DNA of 64,000 nt from Bigelowiella natans CCMP2755 (taxonomy: Eukaryota; Protista; Cercozoa): the NCBI GenBank assembly GCA_000320545.1, contig ADNK01001382.1, forward strand, positions 1-64,000, written 5' to 3'. This document shows positions 38,473-50,418 of this stretch, one piece after another. A program made the position numbers and the translations under genes. The notes under the pieces are model-generated. The model saw only the letters and a list, made by a program, of their open reading frames with translations. It was not told the DNA's origin and did not search any database. Each line of letters starts with the position of its first letter. The stretch's first letter is position 1.

Positions 38473-41400
38473 ATGGGAGGCGGACTGAGCAAGGAGGTCT
38501 GGGAAGCTGTGGAGAAGAATGACCTAACTGCGCTGAAACTGCTGATCAAGAAAAATGCAGATATCGAACAGAAGGATAGAAAAGGTTAGCTTGGTTGGGA
38601 ACGGAGAGAGGCAGGGTTAGCGAGACTCTGGGCGAAGAATATTCGAAGGGTTGATGAGAAAAAAATGAATGGGAAAAGAGCACGGAGCAGTCATGAAACA
38701 AGCAAAGTTCGTGATGGGGGACGACGGAGTTGACATTTTTCATGAAGCACAATGAGCTTGAGTTCGAATGATGATGTCACTTCATGCAGAGGCTAAAGTT
38801 TAGTGGATTTGTAGGAAACAGCAGCAACCTTCATTGATGTTGACCATGAGGATGCAAATAAAACTCATGTTAAGAATAACTGATGTGTACTTAAGTGTGT
38901 ATTTGGGCAGTTGTGTAGTGTTTGGTGTTAGCCTCTTTGATGAGGCTGGTAACTTAGCAGATTCTTTTGTTTGTTGTTTGATGTACTGTCATTTCCGAAT
39001 GATGATTTGTTGGGTGCTTTGTTTTGCCAGGTGAAACCCCTCTGTTCTATGCGTCGAGAAAGGGACACGAAAGGATCGTGACGTATCTGGTTGAGTCGAA
39101 GGCGAACATCGAGGCGAAGGATAATGGCGGTGAGTAAGAACATTCGAGTTAGTGCGGCAGGATTTTTTCATGCACATTGAGGGATAGAATGACACCAATG
39201 AAGAGCATGAATCATCACATTGAATGAGCATGAAGATTCCATCTGAAAATGAAAGTATAAACGATAAATACCAATCTTGATGCCAATCATGAGGATGCCA
39301 ACACTGCTCATGTTATGAAGAGCCGATGTGCATTTAACAGTATGCATTTGTGGAGTTATATAGCATTTGGTGTTAGCCTTTTTGATGAGGCTGGTAACTT
39401 AGCAGATTCTTTTGTTTGTTGTTTGATGTACTGTCATTTCCGAATGATGATTTGTTGGGTGCTTTGTTTTGCCAGGTAGGACCCCTCTGAGTTTTGCGTC
39501 GAGAAAGGGACACGAAAGGATCGTGACGTATCTGGTTGAGTCGAAGGCGAACATCGAGGCGAAGGATAATGACGGTGAGTAAGAACATTCGAGTTAGTGC
39601 GGCAGGATTTTTTCATGCACATTGAGGGATAGAATGACACCAATGAAGAGCATGAATCATCACATTGAATGAGCATGAAGATTCCATCTGAAAATGAGAG
39701 TACAAGTAGTAATAAAGGAAGAAAGAGGAGGAGGAGGAGGAGGAGGAGGAGGAGGAAAATGAAAGCATCAAACTGTCCCATCATCAACAAACGACAAATA
39801 CCGATCTTGATACCAATCATGAGGATGCCAACACTGCTCATGTTATGAAGAGCCGATGTGCATTTAACAGTATGCATTTGTGGAGTTATATAGCATTTGG
39901 TGTTAGCCTTTTTGATGAGGCTGGTAACTTAGCAGATTCTTTTGTTTGTTGTTTGATGTACTGTCATTTCCGAATGATGATTTGTTGGGTGCTTTGTTTT
40001 GCCAGGTAGGACCCCTCTGAGTTTTGCGTCGAGAAAGGGACACGAAAGGATCGTGACGTATCTGGTTGAGTCGAAGGCGAACATCGAGGCGAAGGATAAT
40101 GACGGTGAGTAAGAACATTCGAGTTAGTGCGGCAGGATTTTTTCATGCACATTGAGGGATAGAATGACACCAATGAAGAGCATGAATCATCACATTGAAT
40201 GAGCATGAAGATTCCATCTGAAAATGAGAGTACAAGTAGTAATAAAGGAAGAAAGAGGAGGAGGAGGAGGAGGAGGAGGAGGAGGAAAATGAAACCATCA
40301 AACTGTCCCATCATCAACAAACGACAAATACCGATCTTGATACCAATCATGAGGATGCCAACACTGCTCATGTTATGAAGAGCCGATGTGCATTTAACAG
40401 TATGCATTTGTGGAGTTATATAGCATTTGGTGTTAGCCTTTTTGATGAGGCTGGTAACTTAGCAGATTCTTTTGTTTGTTGTTTGATGTACTGTTATTTC
40501 CGAATGATGATTTGCTTTTGGTGCTTTGTTTTGCCAGGTTGGACCCCTCTGATCTATGCGTCGGAAGAAGGACACGAAAGGATCGTGACGTATCTGGTTG
40601 AGTCGAAGGCGAACATCGAGGCGAAGGATAAATGGGGTGAGTAATAATATTCGAGTTAGTGCGGCAGGATTCTTTCATGTACATTGAGGGATAGAATGAC
40701 ACCAAAGAAGAGCAGGAATCATTACACCAAATGAGCATGAAGATGCCATGTGAAAATGAGAGTACTAGTTGTAGCAAAGGAAGAAAGAGGAGAAGGAGGA
40801 GGAGGAAAATGAAACCATCAAACTGTCCCATCATCAACAAACGACAAATACCAATCTTGATACCAATCATGAGGATGCAAGTAATGATGATGTAAAAAAC
40901 AAGAGGGATTTGAGAGTGTTAGAGAGAGTGTTTAATTATTTGAGTGCATATGTTTGTATGTTTATATTCGTGTGTGCTTGTATGTGCTTATGGGTGATTG
41001 CGGTGTTTGGTGCTAGTTGTCGAAGAATGTTGGTTAATTAGTTGACCGCTTGTTCGCTCGTTGTTTTTCTGTTTCGTTCGAATTATCATCATTTGCTGCG
41101 CGCACCTGAATTTGCCAGGTTGGACTGCGTCGGATTTAGCAAATGAGCGTATCGACAGAATCCTTAGGACGGCGAACCAAAACAACAATGTATGATTTAG
41201 TACATGCCCAATGCGATGTATTTTTGGTACATGCCTAATGCGATTAAATATTCCGTATGTTCAAAACGACAGGGATTGTCTTAAAATTCTCAGATACGAA
41301 ATACGAAATATAAACAATGTTTGATGTTTGAATAAGGCGTTTGGCTATCCATTATATCCCGACAACAAGAATTGATTAACTGTTGTCCCTTTTCTCTCGT

Positions 41401-42443
41401 TTCCTATCCTTTTGTTGCGCCCTCCTACATCATTCGGCTTTTTGTGCGCTCAGGATGCAGACAACTCCCTCTCTGTGGAGGCTATTAGTAGGCTATTTGC
41501 TAACACGGTACCGTGGCGACGATCTCGCGTGATGATAGTTGGTAAAGAACATACTGGTAAAACGACGTTATACAAGGCTTTGAAGGGCGAAGAGTTTTGC
41601 GACGTCGAATCAACGGTTATGATGTCATAGATACAAAAAATAATCGTTTTTTGAAAAGGAAATATTTATGTATTCATGCAGTTTCCCTTGTACGCTATCA
41701 TATGCAGGTGCTGGCAGATGTCACCGTCCATGACGTAACCGTGGAGAAAACAGATGAGGATGTTAAGGGAGACGACAATAGAGAAACTATATTTAAGACT
41801 ATCGAACATGGTAATTACGATATGTTCGTAAAGTTCCATTTATTTTGTAAAGTAGTTGTCCTGTGGATAATTGTCAAAATGTCGTTTGCATAGGAGGTAA
41901 TCATGAGAGAGCATTGGGATTGGCCTATTTAAAGAGTCAGAGGCCACAGGAGGAGAAGAATGATACTTCGAAGGTAGATAGATCAAAATATTTCGGAATG
42001 AAGTCGTCAATGTGATTAAGATATACTGCATGCATGCCAATACCATTGTGCGGTGTATGATTTTATCCCAGATTCCTTGCAGATATGACAAAAAAGGGAA
42101 GCCTCCCAGCGATGTGAAGAATGCGAAAACGGATACGGAGACAGCAGCAGCAGTAGTAGCTGTGGAAGGGAAAGAGCATACCAAAGGTTCTTCAACAAAG
42201 AAAAGTATAGTCGATGAAGATGCCACGGAATCAAAGAAACTGCACAAACTAAGTGGAGAAGTCGAGGAGACGCTTCTCAAGGTGCCGAATGAGTCTTGAT
42301 GAGAATGTAGTGAAGTTGCAACTGATTACGTTCATGTTACATCCCAAGCACGATTTGCTGATTATCCTTGAAACACCATTAGGAACTAAAACCCGGGCTT
42401 CTACAGGAATCCCTTAAGAATCCGGAAGCTATCCGGGTATGTG

Positions 42444-42480
<37 letters not shown>

Positions 42481-43060
42481 CTACGAATGTTTTGCGTGAT
42501 CGCTCGACCAATTATCTCCTCCTAATGAATGTAGGTGTCGGTCTGGGATTTTGCAGGGCAGGAGGTGTTCTACACATCGCATGTAATGTTTCTGAACCGC
42601 AATTGCCTCTATATGGTGGTGTTTTCCCTTGAGGAGTTCCTTGGGAGAGAGAATGATGCCAAAGGTATCATTTGTTTTAACCTATCTGATCCAAAGGCTA
42701 CAATAGCTGGGTGCACCTTTGCATATTTCATGAACTTATACAGATAGATAAAGAGGGAGAAAGAGAGAAAGAGAGAGAAAGAGAGAAAGAGGGAGAAAGA
42801 GAGAAAGAGGGAGAGAGAAAGAGAGAAAGAAGGTACGACAAAAACGTTTTAAGAGATTACATACTGTCTAACGTAAACTAATAGGTAACGAGGCAGCGAA
42901 GCAGAAAGAGAAGGCAGAAGAATACCTGAGATTCTGGCTTCAAAACATTCGCACGTTTGCTCCCGGGGCGCCAATAATACTTGTGGGAACGAAGATCGAT
43001 AAACTCGAAGAATATAATGACCCAGAGGTAAGAAATGCTCTCAAACACACATGCTACACA

Positions 43061-43100
<40 letters not shown>

Positions 43101-43307
43101 GTTTTAAGTATCGTACTCCTATGTATTGTATACACGTGTTAGTAAGTATCGTACAGTTATGTATCGTTGTTAACGTTTGCATACCATCCACTAAAAAGGC
43201 GCTCTTGGAGGTCCTCGACTCAATCGACCAGCAAATCACAGAAATGGCGAGAAAGGTATATTAGTAGGCCACAATGTAATTACATATGACATCTCTCTTA
43301 CTCTAAC

Positions 43308-43373
<66 letters not shown>

Positions 43374-46252
43374 ATCTGTGTGTATGCGTGTGCGTCAGGT
43401 TTTTGAGGGCTTTAAACGCTTTCCGTGGTCTCGATGTAAACGCTGGCGCCCAGAAAAGTCTTATGAACCTGCGGATTTGGTGTTCTTCCCTGCTGACAGC
43501 AAGTACAGAGAATTTAATGCTATCCAGTCAATCATCGTCGTTCGTGCTGATTTGCTCTGTCTTGACCCTTTAGCCGATTTCTTCATCTCATGTATTGTTA
43601 TCATCGCCTTTAGGTTCCGATCGAGTGATAAGAAAGTGCACAGTACGATTATGGAACTGCGTAACAAGGTGATGGAAACTCTGAAGAACAATCCAAAGGT
43701 AAAGGAGATGAATATTCATTTATATTTGGTAAACTACGCCACAATTATACTGATACGTGATGGTTCATTTTCGCACTTCCAACTCATCTGTGGGATGACA
43801 CACTAGGCAAATGAGGAAGTACCATCCCAATGGACAAAAGTATGCGACGATCTGATTGCCACAGAACAGGCGATATTTACTTTGGAATCGATTGAAGAGA
43901 TATGTTTTAAGCGTGGGATCGTTGATAAGGGAGAAGTGCGCTTGATGTTGCAAAAGTAAGTTGCGAAATGAAGAATAATAATTTCTCACTTTCCTCATAG
44001 CATCCGTGAAATCTCAAATTTCAGATTTCATGATCAAGGAGTAGCGATATATTTCGACGAAGATGGCCTGCGAGACGTGAGTATCAGTCCTATCGAATCT
44101 TCTCTGAAACTTACGTAAAAATCGCATGATGAATATGCTAATCGACAGCACATCGTAATGCGACCGCAACACCTCGTTGATCTGGTGAAGAAGCTGATAT
44201 TTGATCGGCGCTTGCACAAGAAATTATACAAGAATCAAGAGCTGTAATACATACATTATAAAATTCATATTTATTCGTTTTATTGCTCTGTGTCCAATGA
44301 GATTTCATCAGACAGTCTCCTCCAACATATTTAGGTTTGCTCAGCACGGAAAGCTTGTGGATGAGTAAGTGAAGCAATATCATGTTCAGCACATTTCATG
44401 GATTTAGAGCCCAAACATTGGGGAAGATACATATTCTGAAGTGCTAATTAAAATTGTTAGTCAAACTTGAATTGAGATGTGTGATATTCCTATAATGTAG
44501 ATTTCTCGATATTGGAGTCATACACGATGTGGTGTTAAAACACCTAATGCTCACTGATGATGGTCCAAGAGTAGCCGAAAATAAGAGGCTATATGAGTTC
44601 AGCCGGAAGATATTACAGAAGTAGTGCATTGATTTATTTTCCAAATGTGAACGTGGAAAAAGAACTTGGATTGGGAATCACCAATGCTTATGTCATGTAC
44701 GACGCTTGGTAAACAATATGGATTGACACTGTTATTTCTCTGTTCTTGGTGAAGAAAAACGAAAATATCGGTGTAGTTTCCATCAATCGCGAAGTATATG
44801 GTTCTCCCTTAATTGTTCGGCTATCTTCGTCTCCTTTGCATCTCCAAATAGGTTCATGATATTATGCAAGATCGGTGGAACGGAAAAGTATTTGGTGCCT
44901 TCGATGATGCAAGCCAAGGGAGAAAGCATGGATCGAAAGGAGCACACAGTTGTTGGAAAGTTTTCCTTACTCTTCAAACGCCTTCGGCCGCGGTCTTATT
45001 TTGAGACATTTTCCGGGAACATAGGTATTGGTGAATTATTATGCCAATTACCATAGTTTAAAATCAATCTCTAGCAGAGAAGAGTGTTCTTCATAATTTT
45101 CGGGTCACATATTAAATTTCTATATCTTCAATGTCCAGTAATGTTTACAATTCTCTCTCTCTCCCTCCCCATCTGTATATTTGTTTATGCGGTATGTGCT
45201 CGACTCAGTCACGGAGCTCTCGTCTGAAAGCAAACGCACAAAAGAACTTCGGGGAGGTAATCAAAAGTGTGTGGAGGAGAGTGAAAAGTAGTAATCACAA
45301 GCTTCTCACATTCCCAATTTCTCGTACGATTGTTTTTTATGTTTAGGAGCTACAAGCCCAATGATCTTAGAGGAACAGGTAGAATTCGGCAGTTTCTACT
45401 CTCGACATGTTTTACATATGCAAGGATTTTGTGGTCACTCTGAACTTATCTCTCTCCTTTGTTTACATCAGATTTTTGGCAAAGGAAAAGCGGAAATATA
45501 TCTTGAACCCTTGCGTTTCCGGATTAGTACCTCAATGCTAGAAAGAAACAAAAGGTCTTGAAATAGCCTAACACTTCCACAATCGCAACCTCACGAGAAT
45601 ATAATGTACGACATATGTTATTAGTGGGAGGAAAAGGCATATAATGGCAATAAATGTCGAAGTTCTGTCGGAAATTGGACACTGCGCAAGGTACTCACTG
45701 ACGTCATATTTGTGCTATATGCGAGTGCGAAACCAAGCTTGTAAGGTGGAACAATGAATGTCACAGCAAATGTTTTTTGAGCAGGATATTACAGTTCATT
45801 CTGAAGATCGCCAGAAATGTCCTGAAGTGGCCTTACAAAAACAATGAAGCTTTGGATTTCAGCGTTCTTCTTTTCGATCGGTATGTATGTTTATAGCGAC
45901 TTGATAAATAATAGCACCCTCTGTGGCGATAGTAGTAACGGTACTTACTATTGTAATAAGGTCACAGATGCCTACTATATCATCATTCGTTTTGTCTACT
46001 TTGACAAAGAGGTTGATTTCTATGCATACGCAGTGAGATGACGTATCCTGTGAAGTACTACAAATGGGAAAGTGCTTGTATGAGCCAGGAAACAAAACTC
46101 GTCTCCGAGAGATCCTCCGAAACAGCCTCAGAAATGGTCGAAATAGCCCGTTTCCGACATTGGGAGCAATTCTACGACCTCTTCTTAGAAAACTCAACGC
46201 TTCGGTCAACTTTTAATGAATGAAGTAGATTATATATGCATGTAAATCATGA

Positions 46253-46294
<42 letters not shown>

Positions 46295-46584
46295 AAGATC
46301 GAACAACAGAGAGATTGCAACGATTCTACGTTGAATAACACAGTTCCTTTGCCGCCACCATGACGAGTTCCTTGTTTTCGGTTGCAGTTATGTATTCACC
46401 TTGTTTTGTGAATCCTCATCGCGAGACTCTGGTAACAACAATCACAAGAATTTCATCAAGTTGACGATCGTAATAGAGATCTTCAAGGTGCACGAACACA
46501 TGATGCACATTATGTGCATCAAGGGAGAGTTTACAAGCATGTGCAAGTAGCGTGTGAGAGAAAAAGTGATAACACGTTCATACC

Positions 46585-46655
<71 letters not shown>

Positions 46656-47213
46656 GGGGGGGGGGGTTAAGGAAGAGAAGGAAAGAAGACAGGAGAGGAC
46701 GAGAAATATAGATTCTGCATTTTGCAGCGATTATATCCTATGGAAAGCGCTCGGTGCACAGGCAATCGTATGAAGAGTCTAAATCCTTCACTTATTACGA
46801 AGGGAGGAATCAATTTTGAAGAGTAAGTACAAATTTTCATTTAAGCTCTATCATATATGTTGTATGCGCACACATTCTCTACCAATATTCAAGTTGATCA
46901 AGTCATATGTTCACCTTACTTAATCGGTTATTCTGTTATTTTTCCGTCCCCCCCAAACCCCAACACACAGATTCATTGAGTTAATGTGGGTTGAGCGGGA
47001 ACCTCGTCTCCGAAACGCTGTAAACGCTGATGATTTTGATGACAAATTAGAAGCTTGGGTGAAACCGCTCACAAACATTAAGGTGTTGTGTGCTTGAATG
47101 GAGCATGCATAGTACTTTCAGTGTAGGCAAAATAAATGACACACACACACACACACACAAGCCCGCACGCTCATAGAGAGGGGGGGAAGAGTGGCCGGCC
47201 AGTAAACCACTTT

Positions 47214-47257
<44 letters not shown>

Positions 47258-49270
47258 TGTCTTTTCCATGTTTGACCTAGTAACGACTCCAAATTCATCT
47301 CTAAACTTCGTTAGGACAATAATGTTGAAGTACCTGCCCACCTGGCATTTGTATTTTCTCTCCCTTTGGACAAGCCAAGTTCTATCTTGGATCTAGAGAA
47401 AGATGATTTAATGTTGCATGATATGATCAAAGACAATGATTGTAAAGCTGGTGCTGTCATCGATCACTGTAAGCTTCACAAATCCAGATGGAGAGCTACT
47501 AAAGAAAATCTCTCTAGAGCTTTGCGGTCAAACTGTTTTGCATTGCTGGTGGGTTGCCATTGCACCAGGGAACACGGACTCGAGTTTGAACACGATAATC
47601 CCGGAGGAAAGGCAGTTTATGTAAGTCCTGATGAGTTTTCCCAATTGGTAATGGAGACGAAAGAAACGCCGAAGATGTGCTCTTTGAAAATATTGATGCT
47701 GGCTGCATGCCAGAGTAGAGATGTAGCTAAATCATTTGTTGATTCAAAAGCAGTCGATCATGTAATAGCATGCAGAATAAATGATTTATTGGGCAACAAA
47801 GTTGTGCGGATATTCCAGACGGTCTTTTTTGAGAAGTTGTTATGCGGGGCTACGGTCTCAACCGCATTTCAAGCTGCCAAGAATAAGCTAAAACATATGG
47901 CCGATACGTATAAAAAAGAGGCTGAGAGACTTGAGAAACTCATCAAGAATCCCAAAACATTTGACAATAAGCATGATGAATACGCAAGTCGTGCAAAGAG
48001 ATTGACTAGAAAGGAAAAAATGCTTAACGAGGAGGTCCAAAAGTACCTCTTGCTGCCTGCAGACGGGAACCATGACGTTTCATTCTCATTTAGACCATAT
48101 TTCCCTCCCACCACAACACTCAAGACGTGGATCCCTGCTCACCCAAACAAATTCTATCTAGCTCCGTTCTGCAAGCAACTGAAATGGGCGAATGATCACT
48201 ATTTGCAGCTTCGGAGGAACCTATACGCAGCTATGCAACATGACCATGAAACTTCAATGCGTCACCGCTGGGTGCAAATCACAGGGCCAAAAAGGATAGG
48301 AAAGACCTCGGTAGCAAGGTACATTGCCTGGCGTCTAAGTCTCTACGACAAGGAAGGACCTGACGGCATCTTTTGGGTAGAGTCATCATATTCTCTTTCA
48401 TTCTCTTTCATGAACAGAATTGGTAATAATCATAATAACTATTTTTCCTGTATGGATCAAAAATTCAGGTTGCGGGGGGAAAGAGTCATGACGAAGTGAT
48501 GCTAAATTTCATCAAGCGTTTTCCCAAAACCGTATTGTCGCGCACGGAAAAGAGTGAAAAACATGATCCTTGTGGATTGATGAAGGAGTTCTTCGCGGAA
48601 AGAGAAAATCCTCCCACGCTACTGGTTTACCATTTTGCTTCTACTTCCCAGATTTGAGTCATTCTAAATTTAAACCAATTTTTTCACCCAGATAATCGAT
48701 GATGCAGATGATATAAAAGCAGAGGATCGCGTGAAGCTCTTTGAGAATCTCATGAACCTGAACCCAAGACTGCACATCCTCACGACATCATTGAGTCCAA
48801 TCCAAGTCAGGGGCTTCGACTCCAATGTATGGATTCATTGCTTTCCGTGCATATGCATGTGGTTCGCCCTCAATTTTTGTTTAGAAATCAATTTGCTTTT
48901 GAACAGAAAGCAGATCTGAAGTTGGAAGTGCCTAGGATCATGTTCCGGAAATTTTTCCAAAAGCGAGCTGATGAGTTTCAAGATTACAAATTTCAGACCC
49001 TAGTCAAAAATAAAATGAAGCCGTATCATTTTTCTACACTGTGGGGTAGGTGCCTGACCGATGCATCGTGTAACATTTTCTTTATTTCCCATCATTTTTG
49101 TTAATTGGTAATTTGGTGTATTAGATTCAGAGGTGTTTAAGGATGTTCATCGGAATCCCCGAACTGCAATCCTTCTCGTAGAGAAAATCCACGAAATGGG
49201 GGTAAAAGAGATCAAGAAGTCCTTTCTAGTCGATGCCTTTAACAAGTTGGTTGAAGAGAAAGCTCTTTGA
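38473..49270 (+). CDS. Ankyrin-repeat ROCO (Roc-COR) GTPase, probably fused to EF-hand-like, CHAT (caspase-like) and STAND NTPase domains
   Basis: Start MGGGLSK. Ankyrin exons at 39031, 39476, 40006, 40538 and 41119. Roc motifs RVMIVGKEHTGKTTL (~41530), VWDFAGQEVFYTSHVMFL (~42540), FWLQNI..PIILVGTKID (~42930-43000). COR: VPSQW..MLQKFHDQGVAIYF..IVMRPQHL. Phase-compatible exons 46388-46487, 46728-46822, 46971-47082 and 47315-48376 continue into CHAT and P-loop. The alternative is two genes split at the stop at 46223. Confidence 0.75.
38920..40878 (+). repeat. Tandem array of ~530-bp exon+intron cassettes, each containing one 99-bp ankyrin exon
   Basis: Exons 39031-39129, 39476-39574, 40006-40104 and 40538-40636 (spacing 445, 530, 532), all with phase-1 boundaries. 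Units 39373-39902 and 39903-40432 are nearly identical, introns included. Confidence 0.97.
47315..49270 (+). CDS. CHAT peptidase-like domain + STAND/NB-ARC-like P-loop NTPase module (probably the C-terminal part of the ROCO gene)
   Basis: LAFVFSLPL..LDLEKD, LLVGCHC..GLEFE, LKILMLAACQS..VDHVIAC..FFEKLLCGATVSTAFQAAK (CHAT pattern with His and Cys). VQITGPKRIGKTSVA (Walker A), PDGIFWV, TLLIIDDAD (Walker B), LHILTTS. Stop at 49268-49270. Confidence 0.8.
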
Positions 49271-49554
49271 AACTGTTAGTCACATTGCCGCAAGTTCATT
49301 TCCCAGAAATTATTCAACATTTATACTTGACGTTTGAAACAGCACATCCATTGCATTTTTTTTGTCTTCCACATGTGGCTAGATGGCTCGACTTGTCCAG
49401 CATGGCAGGGACACAACATGAAAACATTGCGCGTGCAAAACAAAAAACGCGTGTAGGATACGCGCATGAGCATGCAAAATGTGAAAGGTTCAATTGCGAG
49501 ATTTTGTGCAGTAAGCAAATTGACGATGCCAACATCATGTCTGATCTCCACACG

Positions 49555-49805
49555 TAATCGTCCTAGCGTGCTAGCTAGCTAGCGTGGTGCAGTGCGGCGT
49601 ACACTATTTTTGTACACCACCACATCCAGACATATGCATACTTGACTATACATGTTCTGCGATAACAAACTGCACACAAAATCATTTTCACGCACATCTA
49701 GATAATAGACACAGTGACACTGTACATCTGGATACATACACAGCAAATATTGCTAGATAGATATAATAGTGTATTGCATGTCTATCATAGATAGATGGGT
49801 GGGTA

Positions 49806-49847
<42 letters not shown>

Positions 49848-49900
49848 GGCAGCAATATGTAATGTTCTGATGGTAATTCATGGCAATAAGCTAGATGGCG
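49555..49900. other. CTAG-rich tract at a convergent gene junction (weakest of the four)
   Basis: cctagcgtgctagctagctagcg, catctagat and gctagatag between the stops at 49270 (+) and 50419 (-). Confidence 0.55.
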
Positions 49901-50321
49901 ATTACTCATATTGTTTACATGGGTTTAATGCTACATGAGAAGTCGCGTCAATAGCAGCCTTACTGGCATCAAAGAAGTGGCAGTAACGGTCGAAAGGGGG
50001 GGCATTATTCATCTGTTCGTGTCTACGACGAGAAGATAAATCTTAAATCTTTGAAAGAAAAAAACAACGAACGTTGACAGATGGTGCTGCTGCGGAATGT
50101 AGATCTTCGCACCATTTTGTGGAGCTCCACCGCATAGTATAGCGATACATGCGAGAAGGAAATTAGCGTGCAGATCAACGCCATCTGTACTGCTACATCT
50201 GCTATTACGATTCCTGTTTGGATCATCGTAGGCATGCAGAAACAAATAACGCACTCACCTCCTTTTTGGGACTATAATTGCCTTTATAATTCTTCGACTC
50301 ATCAATTGATTGATGCGCGCG

Positions 50322-50360
<39 letters not shown>

Positions 50361-50418
50361 ACACATTGTATATAACATTTTGTGTGATCCTCTCTGTTGT
50401 TGTAGAACATTTGCTCTT

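Noticed and set aside
38928-40870. Repeated minus-strand ORFs and a possible CRISPR-like or transposon array
   Set aside because: The units are exon+intron duplications of an ankyrin exon with GT-AG sites. There are no unique spacers, cas genes, terminal repeats or transposase.
46351-46362. Perfect Kozak-like GCCGCCACCATG as the start of a separate CHAT gene
   Set aside because: Its frame closes at a TGA near 46462 and does not match the frame that splices into the downstream exons. It is not fully excluded without RNA data.
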